Shown here: piece by piece, positions 28,472 to 38,067 of the stretch
Position numbering within the stretch: the stretch's first letter is position 1
Layout: the number at the start of each line of letters is the position of its first letter
Assembly (NCBI GenBank): GCA_003696075.1
Contig: RFHH01000137.1
Span: 1,161-65,160, forward strand
Source: Acidobacteriota bacterium
Lineage (GTDB): Bacteria; Acidobacteriota; Polarisedimenticolia; J045
Direction: 5' to 3'
Length of the DNA: 64,000 nt
Position numbers and translations under genes: made by a program
Notes under the pieces: generated by a model
Seen by the model: only the letters and a program-made list of their open reading frames with translations
Database searches by the model: none
Told to the model about the DNA's origin: nothing

Positions 28472-30312
28472 TGGGGGATCGGCGTCCCGGCGACCCGAAC
28501 GCCGGCGGCCCGCGCATCGTGCGGGGGGTGGTCGCCTCGGCGGGCGTCGCCGTGGGGCGGGCACTCGTCCTCGACAGCTGGCAGATCGACGTTCCGCGCT
28601 ACCGCATCGAGCCGATCCACGTTCCCCGGGAGATCCGGAGGTTCCACCGGGCGCGTCGCAAGGCCCGGCGCGAGATCGAAGCGCTGCGTGACAAGACGCT
28701 GGCGCGCCTGGGCGAGCGGTACGCGGCGATCTTCGACGCCCACCTGATGATTCTCGGCGACCGGAAACTGGCGCGCGAGACCATGCGGCGCATCCGCGAG
28801 CAGCGGATGAACGCGGAGTGGGCCCTTGCAGCGGGCGTGCGGCGGTTGCTTCGCGCGTTCGAGAGCGTCGAGGACGCCTACCTCCGCGAGCGCGGGGGCG
28901 ATCTGGCGGACGTCCACGAGCGGTTGCAGCGCATCTTCGCCGGGCAGGACGACCCCCGGGGGCGCGATCTCAAGCTGGACGAGGACACGATCATCATCGC
29001 ATCCCGGCTCACCCCGTCCGACGCCGCCTGGCTCCAGCAACCGAGGATCGTCGGCTTCGTCACGGAAGCCGGCGGCCAGACATCGCACACCGCCATCATT
29101 GCCAATGCGCTGGAGATTCCCGCCCTCGTCGGCGCCCGTGACGTGACGGAGATCGCCCGCGACGGCGAGTGGGTCGTCGTCGACGCGGCCCGAGGGGAGG
29201 TGCTGCTCGGGCCCGACGAAATCACGCTCGCGCGGTACCGGACGGCTTCCGCTGCGCCTCCCGCCGCCGAGGCGGAGCGGGGGGAGCCGGGGCCCTGCGC
29301 GACCCGCGACGGCGTTCCGTTCCGGGTCGCGGCGAACATCGAGTTCCCCGAGGAGATGGCGGCCGTGCGCCGCAGCGGTGCCGACGGGATCGGCCTGTAC
29401 CGCTCGGAGTTCCTCTACCTCGCGGCGGCACCACGGCTGCCCGGCGAAGAGGAGCAAGAGGCGGCCTACCGGCGCATCGCCGAGGCGGCGCAGGGGAGAC
29501 CGGTGGCGCTGCGGACGCTCGACCTGGGCGGCGAGAAGTACTTCCACCAGGTCCTCCATCGCGAGGACGGGCGCGCCAACCCGGTGCTCGGCCTGCGGGC
29601 GGTGCGGTACTGCCTCCGCCACCCGGAGATCTTTCGCACCCAACTGCGGGCCATGCTCCGGGTGGCCTGGCGGTTTCCCAACGTGGAGATCGTGTTCCCG
29701 ATGATCTCCAGCCTCGAGGAATGGCGCGAGGTGCGCCGGTTCGTCTGCAGCGTCGCGGCGGAGCTCGAACGCGAGGGGTTCGCCTCCCGCCCGGTTCCCC
29801 TCGGCCCCATGGTCGAGCTCCCCGGGGCCGCTCTCGTCGCGGACCGCCTCGCCGAGGAGTCCGACTTCCTGTCGATCGGCACGAACGACCTCGTGCAGTA
29901 CACCCTCGCCGTCGATCGGGGGGACCGCGAAGTGGCCCCGCTGGGCGATCCGTGGCATCCGGCCGTGCTCGACCTCGTCGCCCGGACGGTCGAGGCCGGA
30001 AAGCGGCGGTCGAAACCGGTGAGCCTGTGTGGCGAGATGGCGTCCGACCCGCTCGGTGCGCTGACGCTCCTGGGGCTGGGGCTCCGTGTCTTCTCCTGCA
30101 CCTCCGGTGCGGTACCCGCCATCCGTGCCGTGCTCCGGGCGGCGGACGCCGGGGAGGCGACCCGTCTCGTCGCCGCGGCCCGCACCCGCCACGCGACCGG
30201 CGCGGAGATCCGCCGGGAGCTCGCCCGCGGCTTCGCCGGCGTCCTCGGAGCGGTGAGCCGCGACAGACGGTCGCCGGCGGCGCGCGGTCTCGGCGACCGG
30301 GGCCGGAGCTGA
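28468..30312 (+). CDS. ptsI: Phosphoenolpyruvate-protein phosphotransferase (PTS enzyme I)
   Basis: GGQTSHTAIIANALEIPALVG (phospho-His), DGIGLYRSEFLY, GEMASDP and TNDLVQY. Confidence 0.92.
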   Translation: MMGDRRPGDPNAGGPRIVRGVVASAGVAVGRALVLDSWQIDVPRYRIEPIHVPREIRRFHRARRKARREIEALRDKTLARLGERYAAIFDAHLMILGDRKLARETMRRIREQRMNAEWALAAGVRRLLRAFESVEDAYLRERGGDLADVHERLQRIFAGQDDPRGRDLKLDEDTIIIASRLTPSDAAWLQQPRIVGFVTEAGGQTSHTAIIANALEIPALVGARDVTEIARDGEWVVVDAARGEVLLGPDEITLARYRTASAAPPAAEAERGEPGPCATRDGVPFRVAANIEFPEEMAAVRRSGADGIGLYRSEFLYLAAAPRLPGEEEQEAAYRRIAEAAQGRPVALRTLDLGGEKYFHQVLHREDGRANPVLGLRAVRYCLRHPEIFRTQLRAMLRVAWRFPNVEIVFPMISSLEEWREVRRFVCSVAAELEREGFASRPVPLGPMVELPGAALVADRLAEESDFLSIGTNDLVQYTLAVDRGDREVAPLGDPWHPAVLDLVARTVEAGKRRSKPVSLCGEMASDPLGALTLLGLGLRVFSCTSGAVPAIRAVLRAADAGEATRLVAAARTRHATGAEIRRELARGFAGVLGAVSRDRRSPAARGLGDRGRS

Positions 30313-30369
30313 ACCGGCGGGCCGCGGAGGTCCGCCGGGGTAGAATCGCGCCCGGAGGACGAGGCGACC

Positions 30370-31029
30370 GTGAAGAACGAAGCGCACGGCCGGGCGACGA
30401 TGCGGCCATCGCAGGTGTGCCAGGAGCTCCGGATCCAGCCCTACGTCCTCAAGTTCTGGGAGGGCGAGATTCCGCAGCTCGGGGAGCGCGTCGGACGCAA
30501 GCGGCTGTACGGCCCGCTCGAGCGTGAGATCGCGGCGGAGATTCACCGGGTCATCGAGGTGGAGAAGGGAACGATCGCGCAGGCGCGCGAGCACATCGCG
30601 CGCCGGTATCCCCTGGGGGCGGAGAGGCCTCCCGCGGGGAAGGAAGCGACGCCGGCGGCCGAGGACCTGGCCGAGGCCCGCGCGAGGATCCGCGACCTGG
30701 AACGCCAGCTCTCCGCGCAGGCCGACCTCGAACGGCAGCTCCGCGAGGCGGTGGCCGCGAGGCGGCGGCTCGCCGAGGAGGTCCGCCGCCTGGAGCGCGA
30801 ACTCGAGCAGGCCCGTGAGGCCGCCAGGCAGCGGGAGGCCCGGGTCTCGGCGTTCGAGCGGGAGCTGGAGGCCGCCTGCCGCGAGCTGGAGGAGATCGAG
30901 GCGCTCGCGGCGGGGCTCCTCGGCCCCGCGGAGGGAGAGGAGACCGCCCGGGAGGGCGGACAACCTCCGCTGTTCCCTTCGGGCGACGCCGACCCGGCGC
31001 CGGGCGACGCCGCCGGCCGTCGGTGCTAG
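30370..31029 (+). CDS. MerR-type HTH DNA-binding protein with long C-terminal coiled coil
   Basis: N-terminal HTH MRPSQVCQELRIQPYVLKFWEGEIP, then about 120 aa of heptad/ERELE-type coiled coil. Start is the GTG at 30370 or the ATG at 30400. Confidence 0.6.
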   Translation: MKNEAHGRATMRPSQVCQELRIQPYVLKFWEGEIPQLGERVGRKRLYGPLEREIAAEIHRVIEVEKGTIAQAREHIARRYPLGAERPPAGKEATPAAEDLAEARARIRDLERQLSAQADLERQLREAVAARRRLAEEVRRLERELEQAREAARQREARVSAFERELEAACRELEEIEALAAGLLGPAEGEETAREGGQPPLFPSGDADPAPGDAAGRRC

Positions 31030-31073
31030 AATCCGCGCGCTTCGCGGGCGGAGAGTGTTCCCGCCCGCGGCGT

Positions 31074-31150
31074 CGGGGCGTGGCGCAGCCTGGTAGCGCA
31101 CTCGCTTGGGGTGCGAGTGGTCGCCGGTTCAAATCCGGCCGCCCCGACCA
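31074..31150 (+). tRNA. tRNA-Pro (anticodon GGG)
   Basis: 77-nt cloverleaf with a 7-bp acceptor stem CGGGGCG/CGCCCCG. Anticodon loop TTGGGGT and an encoded CCA. An extended -10 (TGCTAGAAT) sits about 40 nt upstream. Confidence 0.9.
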
Positions 31151-31185
31151 GATCCTCACCGGCGTCCCGTGCGCGGCGGCGGCCA

Positions 31186-32331
31186 TCACGGCCGGTAGCC
31201 GAAGGTCTCGAAGGCGAAGGCGAGTTCCCGCGCGGCCCGCCGCCTGAACTCCGGCCGGAGCTCGGCGTGAGCCGTGGGGCGGTAGTTGCGGGCCCTCTCG
31301 AGGAACCGGGCGACGGGGTTCCTGGCGGGACCGAAGCCGGGGAGTTCCAGCTCCCGGTAGATCCGTTCCAGCGCGCCGAGGGGATCGGAGACCAGCTCCC
31401 GGTAGGTGATCTCGCAGAGGCGACCGGCGGGGATCGACGCCCGGTGGCGCAGGTACGCCCCGTAGATCTCGCGGTAGCGCCAGAGCACCCGGTCCTCGAG
31501 CGCCGCCTCGTCCTCCCGGGGGCGCTGATAGCGCATCAGGGGCGGGACCATCCGCTCCATGTGCAGCGTGGAGCGGAGGACATCGAAGGGGTGCCGGTGC
31601 ACGTGGACGAAGCGGGCGTCGGGAAACGCCTCCAGGATCAGAGGGATCCGGGCGGTGTGGCAGGGTGACTTGAACACCAGGGGCCGGCCGTGCCGCGCGG
31701 TCAGCTTCGCGGCGAACAGGCGTGCCGCCTCCTGCCATCGCCGCCGCTCCTCGGGCAGCGCTCTTTCGAAGGTGACGTACCGCCGGTAGACCTTCTCGCG
31801 GGCGGGAAAGTGCCAGCACAGGTGCGGCGAGAGAAAGGTCATCGAGGCGAGGGCGATCTCGTCTTCGCACGGGGCGTCCAGGCGGACCTCGACGTCGTCG
31901 TGCGGCCGCCGCGGTGGCGTCAGCCTGCGGAAGCGTTCCCACGTGCTGCGCGGGGCGGTGAGGAAGGTCCAGGGGAAGCTGGCCTCGAAGTAGCTCGGAT
32001 AGGCGAACCGGGGATCGGCCGCGAGCAGCCCTTGCAGCAGCGTCGTTCCCGACCGGTAGTGGCCGAGCACGAAGAGGGGGCGCTCGACCCGGACCCGCGC
32101 CAAGCGACCGGCCCACACGCGCTCCTCCCGCCGCGCACGCGCCGATGTCCACATGGACGACAGCACCGTCAGCGCGAGCCGCGGCAGGTAGAGCGGGTGA
32201 ACGCGGAGCCGGTTCTGCAGCAGCACCCGGGCGAAATCGCCGAACCTCGCGCCGTCCAGCGGGCTGAACAGCCAGCGCGCCGCCCACTCCCGGAGGTCTT
32301 TCGGACGCGATCGCAGCGATCCGCCTCCCAC
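31186..32331 (-). CDS. Sulfotransferase family protein
   Basis: 5'-PSB (PAPS-binding) motif GHYRSGTTLL and a 3'-PB-like region. About 381 aa. Confidence 0.75.
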   Translation of the reverse strand: MGGGSLRSRPKDLREWAARWLFSPLDGARFGDFARVLLQNRLRVHPLYLPRLALTVLSSMWTSARARREERVWAGRLARVRVERPLFVLGHYRSGTTLLQGLLAADPRFAYPSYFEASFPWTFLTAPRSTWERFRRLTPPRRPHDDVEVRLDAPCEDEIALASMTFLSPHLCWHFPAREKVYRRYVTFERALPEERRRWQEAARLFAAKLTARHGRPLVFKSPCHTARIPLILEAFPDARFVHVHRHPFDVLRSTLHMERMVPPLMRYQRPREDEAALEDRVLWRYREIYGAYLRHRASIPAGRLCEITYRELVSDPLGALERIYRELELPGFGPARNPVARFLERARNYRPTAHAELRPEFRRRAARELAFAFETFGYRP

Positions 32332-32451
32332 CTTCCGCTCCGATTTCCCGGCCGGCCGGGCCGCGGGGCCGGCCGGCGGGAGGATGCTATCCTGCGCGGG
32401 TGGAGACGCGGCGGGCCCGGCATCCGCGGGACCCGCCGAGGAGGTGCGGCG

Positions 32452-33120
32452 GTGTTCGCTCCCCGGGGAATGGTCGTTCGGCTCGCGGCGGCGGCAGCCG
32501 GCGCGGCCCTTCTCGCCTCGTGCGCGTCACTCGAGGGCGCCGGAGAGCGCTTGACCAGGCGGGACAAGACGGCCAAGGGCGCCGGGATCGGCGCCGCCTC
32601 GGGCGCGGCGGCGGCGATCCTGCTCGGCAAGCGGAAGGCGGACGAGATCCTCCTCGGAGCGGCCATCGGGGCGGGCATCGGGGCCGGAATCGGATCCTAC
32701 ATGGATGCCCAGGAGGAGCGCCTGGCGCAGATTCCGGGCACGACCGTGGAACGGGTCGAGGACGACGTTCTCCTCGTCCGCTTCGACTCCGACTTGCTGT
32801 TCGACTTCGACTCGGCCGCCTTGAGCGAGTCGGCCCTGAACATCCTCGACGAGGTCGCCGCGGTCCTGCGCGAGTTCGACAAGACGGCCGTCGTGATCCA
32901 GGGGCACACCGACGCCACCGGCAGCGAGGAGTACAACCAGCGGCTCTCGGAGCGGCGGGCGGAAGCCGTCCGGAACCAGCTCATCACCCTCGGCATCGAT
33001 CCGGCCCGCACCGTGGCCGTGGGATACGGCGAGCGGCATCCGGTGGCCCCCAACGACACGCCCGAGGGACGCCGGCTCAACCGGCGAGTGACCATCCTGC
33101 TCAAGGCGAAGGCGCGCTGA
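32452..33120 (+). CDS. OmpA-family lipoprotein
   Basis: Lipobox LLASCAS. The C-terminal OmpA domain carries VVIQGHTDATGSEEYNQRLSERRAEAV. GAGGAGGTG RBS precedes the GTG start. Confidence 0.85.
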   Translation: MFAPRGMVVRLAAAAAGAALLASCASLEGAGERLTRRDKTAKGAGIGAASGAAAAILLGKRKADEILLGAAIGAGIGAGIGSYMDAQEERLAQIPGTTVERVEDDVLLVRFDSDLLFDFDSAALSESALNILDEVAAVLREFDKTAVVIQGHTDATGSEEYNQRLSERRAEAVRNQLITLGIDPARTVAVGYGERHPVAPNDTPEGRRLNRRVTILLKAKAR

Positions 33121-33189
33121 TCCCAGGCGGTGCGGCCGCCATTGACCGCCCGGGCCGGGGCTTCTACCCTTCGCCCGGCGGACGGAGCG

Positions 33190-33954
33190 ATGGCGGGGCG
33201 TGACGCGACGGTGCTGCTGACGAACGACGACGGGATCCGGGCTGCCGGGCTCCGCGTCCTCGCCGAGGCGTTCGAATCCCGGTACGACCGGGTGGTGGTG
33301 GTCGCTCCCGACCGGGAACAGTCGGGCGCGTCCCATGCGCTGACGATCCGCAGCCCCCTTCGGGTCGAGCGCCTGTCCGAGCGCTGGTACGCGGTCGAAG
33401 GAACGCCCACCGACTGCGTGAACCTCGCCTTTCACGAAGTCCTCGAGGAGCCGCCGCATCTCGTCGTCTCCGGGATCAACCGCGGCTACAACCTCGGCGA
33501 CGACGTCACCTACTCGGGGACGGTGGCCGGAGCGCTCGAGGGCCGGATCCTCGGCGCCCAGGGCCTGGCCGTCTCGACCGATCCCGAGGCGGGAGAGGAG
33601 CTGTACCGCGAGGCGGCGCGCATCGCCCTCGATCTGGCGGAACGGCTGCTGGACGGCGGCCTCCCCCGGGACGGTTTCCTGAACGTCAACGTGCCGCCGG
33701 GAGCCCGCGGTTTCCGCGTGACGCGGCAGGGAAGGCGCCGGTATCGGAAGGGCCTGATCGCCCGCCGTGACCCGAAGGGCCGGGAGTACTACTGGATCGG
33801 CCTCGCGCCGTCCGAATGGGAGCCGGACCCGAAGGCGGATCACACGGCGGTGGCCGACGGCTACGTGTCGGTCACCCCCCTCCACTCCGACCTCACGCAC
33901 CACCGGGCCATCCCGGTCGTCGAGGGCTGGGGCCTTCCGCAGGAGGGCCCGTGA
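33190..33954 (+). CDS. surE: 5'/3'-nucleotidase SurE
   Basis: N-terminal motif LLTNDDGI and the GINRGYNLG region. Confidence 0.9.
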   Translation: MAGRDATVLLTNDDGIRAAGLRVLAEAFESRYDRVVVVAPDREQSGASHALTIRSPLRVERLSERWYAVEGTPTDCVNLAFHEVLEEPPHLVVSGINRGYNLGDDVTYSGTVAGALEGRILGAQGLAVSTDPEAGEELYREAARIALDLAERLLDGGLPRDGFLNVNVPPGARGFRVTRQGRRRYRKGLIARRDPKGREYYWIGLAPSEWEPDPKADHTAVADGYVSVTPLHSDLTHHRAIPVVEGWGLPQEGP

Positions 33955-34616
33955 AGCGCGTCGCGGCAGCGGCGGAGCACCGGCGAGCGATGGTCGCGAG
34001 GCTGCGGCGCCAGGGTCTGCGGGACCCGCGGGTGCTGGCCGCGTTGGCCGCGGTGCCCCGCGAGCGGTTCGTTCCCGAGGCGCTCGCCTCCAGGGCCTAC
34101 GAGGACGCCCGCCTGCCGATCGGGGAGGGGCAGACGATCAGCCACCCCTGGACGGTGGGCCGGCTCGCGGAGCTGCTGCAGGTCTCGGCCGGGGACAAGG
34201 TCCTCGAGGTGGGAACCGGAAGCGGCTACCAGGCCGCCGTCCTCGCTGCGATGGGCCTCCGGGTCTTCTCGCTCGAGCGCCGGCCCGCACTCGCCCGGTC
34301 CGCCGCCGCCCGCCTCCGGGAACTCGGCTTCCTGGGCGTCACCGTGAAGAACTTCGACGGCACCTACGGCTGGGCCGCCGAAGCCCCGTTCGACGGGATC
34401 GTGGTCACCGCCGGCGGGCCCGAGGTCCCCCCCGCGCTCCTCCGGCAATTGCGGGACGGCGCGCGGTTGGTCATGCCGATCGCGAGGGACGGGCGCCAGC
34501 GTCTGCTGGTGGTGACGCGGCAGGGGAAGCGCTTCGTGGAGGAGGATCACGGGCCGGCCTCGTTCGTGCCGCTGATCGGTAGGTTCGGCTACCCCACGCC
34601 GCCCGGGCGGAGTTGA
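33951..34616 (+). CDS. pcm: Protein-L-isoaspartate O-methyltransferase
   Basis: VLEVGTGSGYQAAVLA SAM motif and the conserved surE-pcm pairing. GTG start overlaps the surE stop. Confidence 0.9.
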   Translation: MKRVAAAAEHRRAMVARLRRQGLRDPRVLAALAAVPRERFVPEALASRAYEDARLPIGEGQTISHPWTVGRLAELLQVSAGDKVLEVGTGSGYQAAVLAAMGLRVFSLERRPALARSAAARLRELGFLGVTVKNFDGTYGWAAEAPFDGIVVTAGGPEVPPALLRQLRDGARLVMPIARDGRQRLLVVTRQGKRFVEEDHGPASFVPLIGRFGYPTPPGRS

Positions 34617-34633
34617 GCGGCGCGGAGGAACGA

Positions 34634-35263
34634 ATGGCCCACGACGTCGACGGTCGGGGACCGGCGGGTTCGCGGTGGTGGCGGCGGGCCTACGGGGCGC
34701 TGCTCGAATGGGCCGCCTCGAAGAGCGGGATCGGCGTCATCGGAGCGGTTTCGTTCGCCGAAGCCAGCTTCTTCCCCGTGCCCCCCGACGTGCTGCTGGC
34801 TGCCGCCGTGCTCGCGCGCCGCGAGGTCTGGCTTCGGGCGGCCTTGGTGTGCTCGCTCGCGTCGATCGCCGGCGGAGCGGCCGGATATCTCATCGGGTGG
34901 GGCGTGTGGGAAGCGGTCTCCGAACTGTTCTACCGCTACGTTCCCGGATTCACCCCCGAGCTCTACCAGCGAGTGGCCGCCCTTTACGCCAGGTACGATT
35001 TCTGGATCGTGTTCGGCGCGGGATTCACGCCGATTCCCTACAAGGTCTTCACCATCGCCGGCGGCGTCGCCCGGATCGATTTCCCCGTCTTCCTGCTTGC
35101 TTCTGCCGTATCGCGGAGCAGCCGGTTCTTCCTGGTGGCGGGGCTGCTGCGGCTGTTCGGCCCGACGGTGAAGCCGTTCGTCGACAGGCACCTGGGCTGG
35201 GTCACGCTCGCCGTCTTCCTCCTCGGAGCGGCCGGGTTCGCGGCGCTGCACGCCCTCCGCTGA
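34634..35263 (+). CDS. DedA/YqaA-family (VTT domain) membrane protein
   Basis: Multi-TM protein with FFPVPPDVLL and GFTPIPYKVFTIAGG, both VTT-domain re-entrant loop motifs. Confidence 0.75.
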   Translation: MAHDVDGRGPAGSRWWRRAYGALLEWAASKSGIGVIGAVSFAEASFFPVPPDVLLAAAVLARREVWLRAALVCSLASIAGGAAGYLIGWGVWEAVSELFYRYVPGFTPELYQRVAALYARYDFWIVFGAGFTPIPYKVFTIAGGVARIDFPVFLLASAVSRSSRFFLVAGLLRLFGPTVKPFVDRHLGWVTLAVFLLGAAGFAALHALR

Positions 35264-35270
35264 GCGGGCG

Positions 35271-35299
35271 TTGACAGGGCGGCGCGCGTCCGCTAGTTT
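35271..35299 (+). promoter_or_regulatory. Predicted sigma-70 promoter (TTGACA-17-TAGTTT) for tRNA-Pro(CGG)
   Basis: Perfect -35, a 17-nt spacer and a TAnnnT -10 about 32 nt before the tRNA 5' end. Confidence 0.55.
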
Positions 35300-35329
35300 G
35301 CCTCGTTCGCAGCGGTCCCACGCTCTCGG

Positions 35330-35407
<78 letters not shown>

Positions 35408-35465
35408 ACCTTCCCCCTCGCCGAACGACCAGGACGGCCCGGGACCCGGGACGGGGAGCAGCGCG

Positions 35466-36356
35466 ATGGCCTCTCACATCCGGCTGATCGGCGTCCCCCA
35501 GGACCTGGGACAGGCTCTGCGGGGCGTGGACATGGGCCCCAGCGCCCTCCGCTACGCGGGCCTGCAGGCACGGCTTTCCCGCCTCGGGTACGAGGTCGAA
35601 GACGCCGGCAACGTCGAGGTGCCGGTCCGCGGTTCGGTGAGGGAGGCGGGGGGGTTGGCCTGCGTGCCGGCGATCCGGGGAGTCTGCGAGCGCGTCTACC
35701 GGCTCGCCCGGCGCGCGGTGGAGGAGGGGCGGTTCCCGCTGTTCCTCGGGGGCGATCACTCGATCGCGATCGGTTCGATCGGCGGCGTGACGCACGCGGA
35801 GCCCGCGGGAGTCCTCTGGATCGACGCCCACGCCGACTGCAACACCCCGGAGAGCTCCCCGTCCGGCAACATCCACGGGATGCCCCTCGCGGCCCTGCTG
35901 GGCTACGGCCTCGCGGAGCTCGTCGACGTGGGGAGGGCGGGAGCGAAGCTCGGTCCGGCCGACGTGATCCTGTTCGGGCTGCGCGACGTCGACCCCGGCG
36001 AGAGGGAGCTGCTCAAGCGGCTCGGCGTCGGCGCCTACACGATGCGGGAGATCGACGAGAGGGGAGTGGCCGATTGCGCCCGCGAGGCCCTGGTCCGGCT
36101 CAGCCACCACCGGCGGATCCACGTGAGCTTCGACATGGACTCCCTCGACCCGATGACGGCCCCGGGCGTCGGGACCGCCGTGGCCGGCGGCCTGACCTAC
36201 CGCGAAGCTCACCTGCTCATGGAGCTCCTGGCCGACGACGGCCGCGTGCGCTCGGCCGACATCGTCGAGATCAACCCGATGCTGGACGAACGGAACCGGA
36301 CGGGCAACATCGGCGTGGAGCTGCTGGCCTCCCTCGTCGGGCAACGGATCCTGTGA
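35466..36356 (+). CDS. rocF: Arginase-family enzyme (arginase/agmatinase)
   Basis: Mn-binding motifs [17 protein letters not shown] and SFDMDSLDP. About 296 aa. Confidence 0.85.
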   Translation: MASHIRLIGVPQDLGQALRGVDMGPSALRYAGLQARLSRLGYEVEDAGNVEVPVRGSVREAGGLACVPAIRGVCERVYRLARRAVEEGRFPLFLGGDHSIAIGSIGGVTHAEPAGVLWIDAHADCNTPESSPSGNIHGMPLAALLGYGLAELVDVGRAGAKLGPADVILFGLRDVDPGERELLKRLGVGAYTMREIDERGVADCAREALVRLSHHRRIHVSFDMDSLDPMTAPGVGTAVAGGLTYREAHLLMELLADDGRVRSADIVEINPMLDERNRTGNIGVELLASLVGQRIL

Positions 36357-36670
36357 GGCCGACGGTGACCGCCGGCCGCACGTTCAGGGTCTACGGAAAG
36401 GTCCGCGGGGTCGGCTACAGGACCTTCGCGCGCACCTGTGCCCGGGCCCTCGGTATCGCCGGGTGGATCGCGCCGGGCGAGGGCGGGTCCCTGATCGTGC
36501 GCGCCGAAGGAACGCCGGAGCGGCTGGCGGAGTTCGCCTTCGACCTGTCGCGGGGCGCGCGCTTCGCCCGCGTGGATCGCGTCGAGGAAGAGGAAGCTCC
36601 CGCCCGCGGGCTCAGCGGTTTCGAGGTTCTCGACGAGGTTCCGCCGGAGGATGTCGATGAGCGTGGATGA
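36353..36670 (+). CDS. acyP: Acylphosphatase
   Basis: [13 protein letters not shown]...[11 protein letters not shown] acylphosphatase signatures. GTG start overlaps the arginase stop. Confidence 0.8.
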   Translation: MRPTVTAGRTFRVYGKVRGVGYRTFARTCARALGIAGWIAPGEGGSLIVRAEGTPERLAEFAFDLSRGARFARVDRVEEEEAPARGLSGFEVLDEVPPEDVDERG

Positions 36671-37178
36671 CCTCAAGCGCTACGTGCGGGACGTCCCCGA
36701 CTTCCCGAAGCCCGGGATCCTGTTCCGCGACATCACGCCGCTCCTGGCCGACCCGGCGGCGTTCGGCGCCGCCCTCGAGCGGCTGGCCCGGGAGGCGGAG
36801 GCGCTCTCGCCCGACCTGGTCGCCGGGATCGAGTCGCGTGGATTCATCCTCGGGGCGCCGCTGGCCAGGCAGCTGGGCACCGGGTTCGTCCCGATCCGGA
36901 AGCCGGGGAAGCTGCCCTCCCGGACCCTTCAGGAGAGCTACTCGCTGGAGTACGGGGAAGGCCGCCTCGAAATGCACGCCGATGCCGTGGGCCCCGGCCG
37001 GCGCGTGCTGATCGTCGACGATCTGCTGGCGACCGGCGGGACCGCCGCCGCGGCGTGCCGGCTGGTCCGCCGGGCGGGCGGAGAGGTCGCCGGCCTGCTC
37101 TTCCTGATCGAGCTCGAGGCGCTCGCCGGCCGCTCCCGCCTCGAGGACGGCCCGGTGGTGAGCCTCTTGAGATACTGA
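36651..37178 (+). CDS. apt: Adenine phosphoribosyltransferase
   Basis: [15 protein letters not shown] and the PRPP motif [17 protein letters not shown]. Overlaps the acyP end by 20 nt. Confidence 0.92.
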   Translation: MSMSVDDLKRYVRDVPDFPKPGILFRDITPLLADPAAFGAALERLAREAEALSPDLVAGIESRGFILGAPLARQLGTGFVPIRKPGKLPSRTLQESYSLEYGEGRLEMHADAVGPGRRVLIVDDLLATGGTAAAACRLVRRAGGEVAGLLFLIELEALAGRSRLEDGPVVSLLRY

Positions 37179-37198
37179 GACCGCCGGCCGGGCGCGAC

Positions 37199-37227
37199 TT
37201 GTCGCGCGCTCGCCGACGGCCTAACCT
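37199..37227 (+). promoter_or_regulatory. Predicted promoter (TTGTCG-17-TAACCT) for the tRNA at 37239
   Basis: A -35-like hexamer and a TAnnnT -10 about 12 nt upstream of the tRNA 5' end. Confidence 0.4.
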
Positions 37228-37238
37228 GCACGGCCGGA

Positions 37239-37315
37239 GGGCCCGTAGCTCAGTCGGATAGAGCAGCGGTTTCCTAAACCGAAGGTCGCAGGTTCAAGTC
37301 CTGCCGGGCCTACCA
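37239..37315 (+). tRNA. tRNA, most likely tRNA-Arg (anticodon CCT)
   Basis: 77-nt cloverleaf with acceptor GGGCCCG/CGGGCCT, T-arm GCAGG-TTCAAGT-CCTGC and anticodon loop TTCCTAA. One mismatch in the anticodon stem makes the isotype call less certain. Confidence 0.75.
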
Positions 37316-37340
37316 CCAGCCCTCGAACGGGGAGGACCTC

Positions 37341-38057
37341 ATGGATCGAACCGAGCGCCACCAGATGAAGCACGACGAGTTCGTCGAGCGGACGATGCAG
37401 CTGGTCGAACGGGTCGGCGCGAACCCGCAGCCGTTCCTCGTCGGAGCCGCGGTCGTCGTGGTGGTGGTGTTGGGCGCGTGGGGCTACTGGAGCATGAGCG
37501 CCGCCCGCCGGGCCCGCACCGCGGAGTGGGTCTCCCAGGGTCTCGCCGCCATCACCGCCCCGCTCGCCTCCCCGGACGAGGCGCGTCCCGCCGATCCGTA
37601 CCGGCCGAGCTTCGCGGACCCCGCCGCCCGCGCCCGCGCCGCGGTGGCTCGCCTCGCGGAAGCGGCCGAGGGGAGCGCGCCGCCCGCCCGCCTGGCCCGC
37701 GCCCTCCGGGGCATCGCCCGCCTGCAGGCGGGGGACGACGGCGCCCTGGAGGACCTCGAGGCGGCCTATGCGGAGTGGAAGGACGATCCGACGCTGGGAG
37801 GCCCGATCCAGGCCGCATACGCCCTGGCGCTCGAGGGGGCGGGACGGCACGAGGAGGCGGTGACGGTCTGGCAGCGCCTCGCCGACGCCGAGCGGGAGAT
37901 CTACCCCCGCGATCTCGCGCTCGCCGGTCTGGCCCGCGCGCGCGAGGCGGCGGGCGACACCGACGGCGCGCGGGAGGCGTACCAGAGGATCATCGACTTG
38001 TACGGCAACTCCGCCGCCGCCGACGAGGCGCGAGACGCGCTCGCTCGGCTCGAGTGA
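37341..38057 (+). CDS. YfgM-like membrane-anchored TPR protein (UPF0070 family)
   Basis: N-terminal cytoplasmic segment, a single TM (LVGAAVVVVVVLGAWGYW) and a periplasmic TPR-like Ala-rich domain. Confidence 0.6.
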   Translation: MDRTERHQMKHDEFVERTMQLVERVGANPQPFLVGAAVVVVVVLGAWGYWSMSAARRARTAEWVSQGLAAITAPLASPDEARPADPYRPSFADPAARARAAVARLAEAAEGSAPPARLARALRGIARLQAGDDGALEDLEAAYAEWKDDPTLGGPIQAAYALALEGAGRHEEAVTVWQRLADAEREIYPRDLALAGLARAREAAGDTDGAREAYQRIIDLYGNSAAADEARDALARLE

Positions 38058-38067
38058 ACCGGCGGGC

